Below, one piece after another: positions 63,250 to 63,708 of a DNA stretch of 63,708 nucleotides. The DNA is from a virus (taxonomy: Duplodnaviria; Caudoviricetes). Location: positions 1 to 63,708 of the IMG/VR virus record IMGVR_UViG_3300028394_000003; one strand, written 5' to 3'. The translations under genes and the position numbers were made by a program. Within the stretch, counting starts at the first letter, position 1; every line of letters starts with the position of its first letter. The notes under the pieces were generated by a model that had not been told where the DNA came from, searched no databases, and worked only from the letters and a program-made list of their open reading frames with translations.

Positions 63250-63708
63250 TTAACAGCTCTTTTTAACTTTACCACCACGTTTTTGCATTGGCACGCCAGC
63301 GTTTGGTCTCATTTCTGGGTGATTAGCATATTCTTTCAGTATGTCTTCCTGTGACTGCATTTGTGGCAATCCTTTAGCTTGTGCGGCGTACTGCATATCT
63401 GCGTTACTAAGTCTACCACCACCTAATCCTGCTGCCACACCAGATTGCATGGCGGCACCACCAATACCACCGGCGCCGGCGCCTTGCATTGCTGCAGCGG
63501 CCATTGCTTTTTTCTTGGCAATCATGTCCATACGTTCTTTTGCAATACGGTTCTGTTCTGGTGTGCCCATTACATTGTCACGTAACGCAGTTCCAGCGGA
63601 ACCAATAGCATTTCCAGCTGCCCGCATTGGGTCAAGTAGCGCATTGGCATCTGCCATTGGGCCACTCATACCACCATCGGCCATTTTCTTTACAGACTTA
63701 CCACCACA
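63250..63708 (-). CDS. 3' part of the junction-spanning xxGG-motif protein (starts at 529)
   Basis: Frame is open to the window end and continues at window base 128. Confidence 0.8.
   Translation of the reverse strand, partial: CGGKSVKKMADGGMSGPMADANALLDPMRAAGNAIGSAGTALRDNVMGTPEQNRIAKERMDMIAKKKAMAAAAMQGAGAGGIGGAAMQSGVAAGLGGGRLSNADMQYAAQAKGLPQMQSQEDILKEYANHPEMRPNAGVPMQKRGGKVKKSC

Noticed and set aside
63582-63708. Biological direct terminal repeat
   Set aside because: 127 nt matches an assembler overlap and falls inside a continuous ORF

Overview
The window is an essentially complete, circularly assembled tailed-phage genome. Bases 1-127 repeat bases 63582-63708, giving a unit length of about 63.58 kb. 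It is probably a lytic podophage of a Gram-negative, likely betaproteobacterial host (inference). The minus strand carries the late genes: terminase, portal, GroES-like protein, scaffold, Mu-gpT-like capsid, tail and ejection proteins, Gly-rich fibres, and holin/spanin/endolysin. The plus strand carries early and replication genes: primase-helicase, SNF2 helicase, Cas4-like nuclease, SSB, class II RNR and PolA. No integrase, RT, tRNA or CRISPR array was seen. The most interesting signals are regulatory. (1) Four type II hammerhead ribozymes each sit directly in front of the RBS of a small early gene. (2) Upstream of them is a structured ~350-nt leader with a perfect 24-bp inverted repeat. (3) A non-coding tract is packed with motifs resembling host regulator sites (Fur, IHF, NtrC, PhaR, MraZ). 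(4) Two duplicated origin-like elements each carry an IHF site and a Fur-like box. (5) A phage promoter motif GGGCG-N16-TGCATTAWT-N6-A recurs, together with a sigma factor lacking domain 4 and two stand-alone sigma-4-like small proteins. (6) An A_AAA_AAG -1 frameshift would join two virion-module ORFs. (7) A free-standing degenerate intein precedes TerL. All protein and motif assignments are by eye; no database searches were run.
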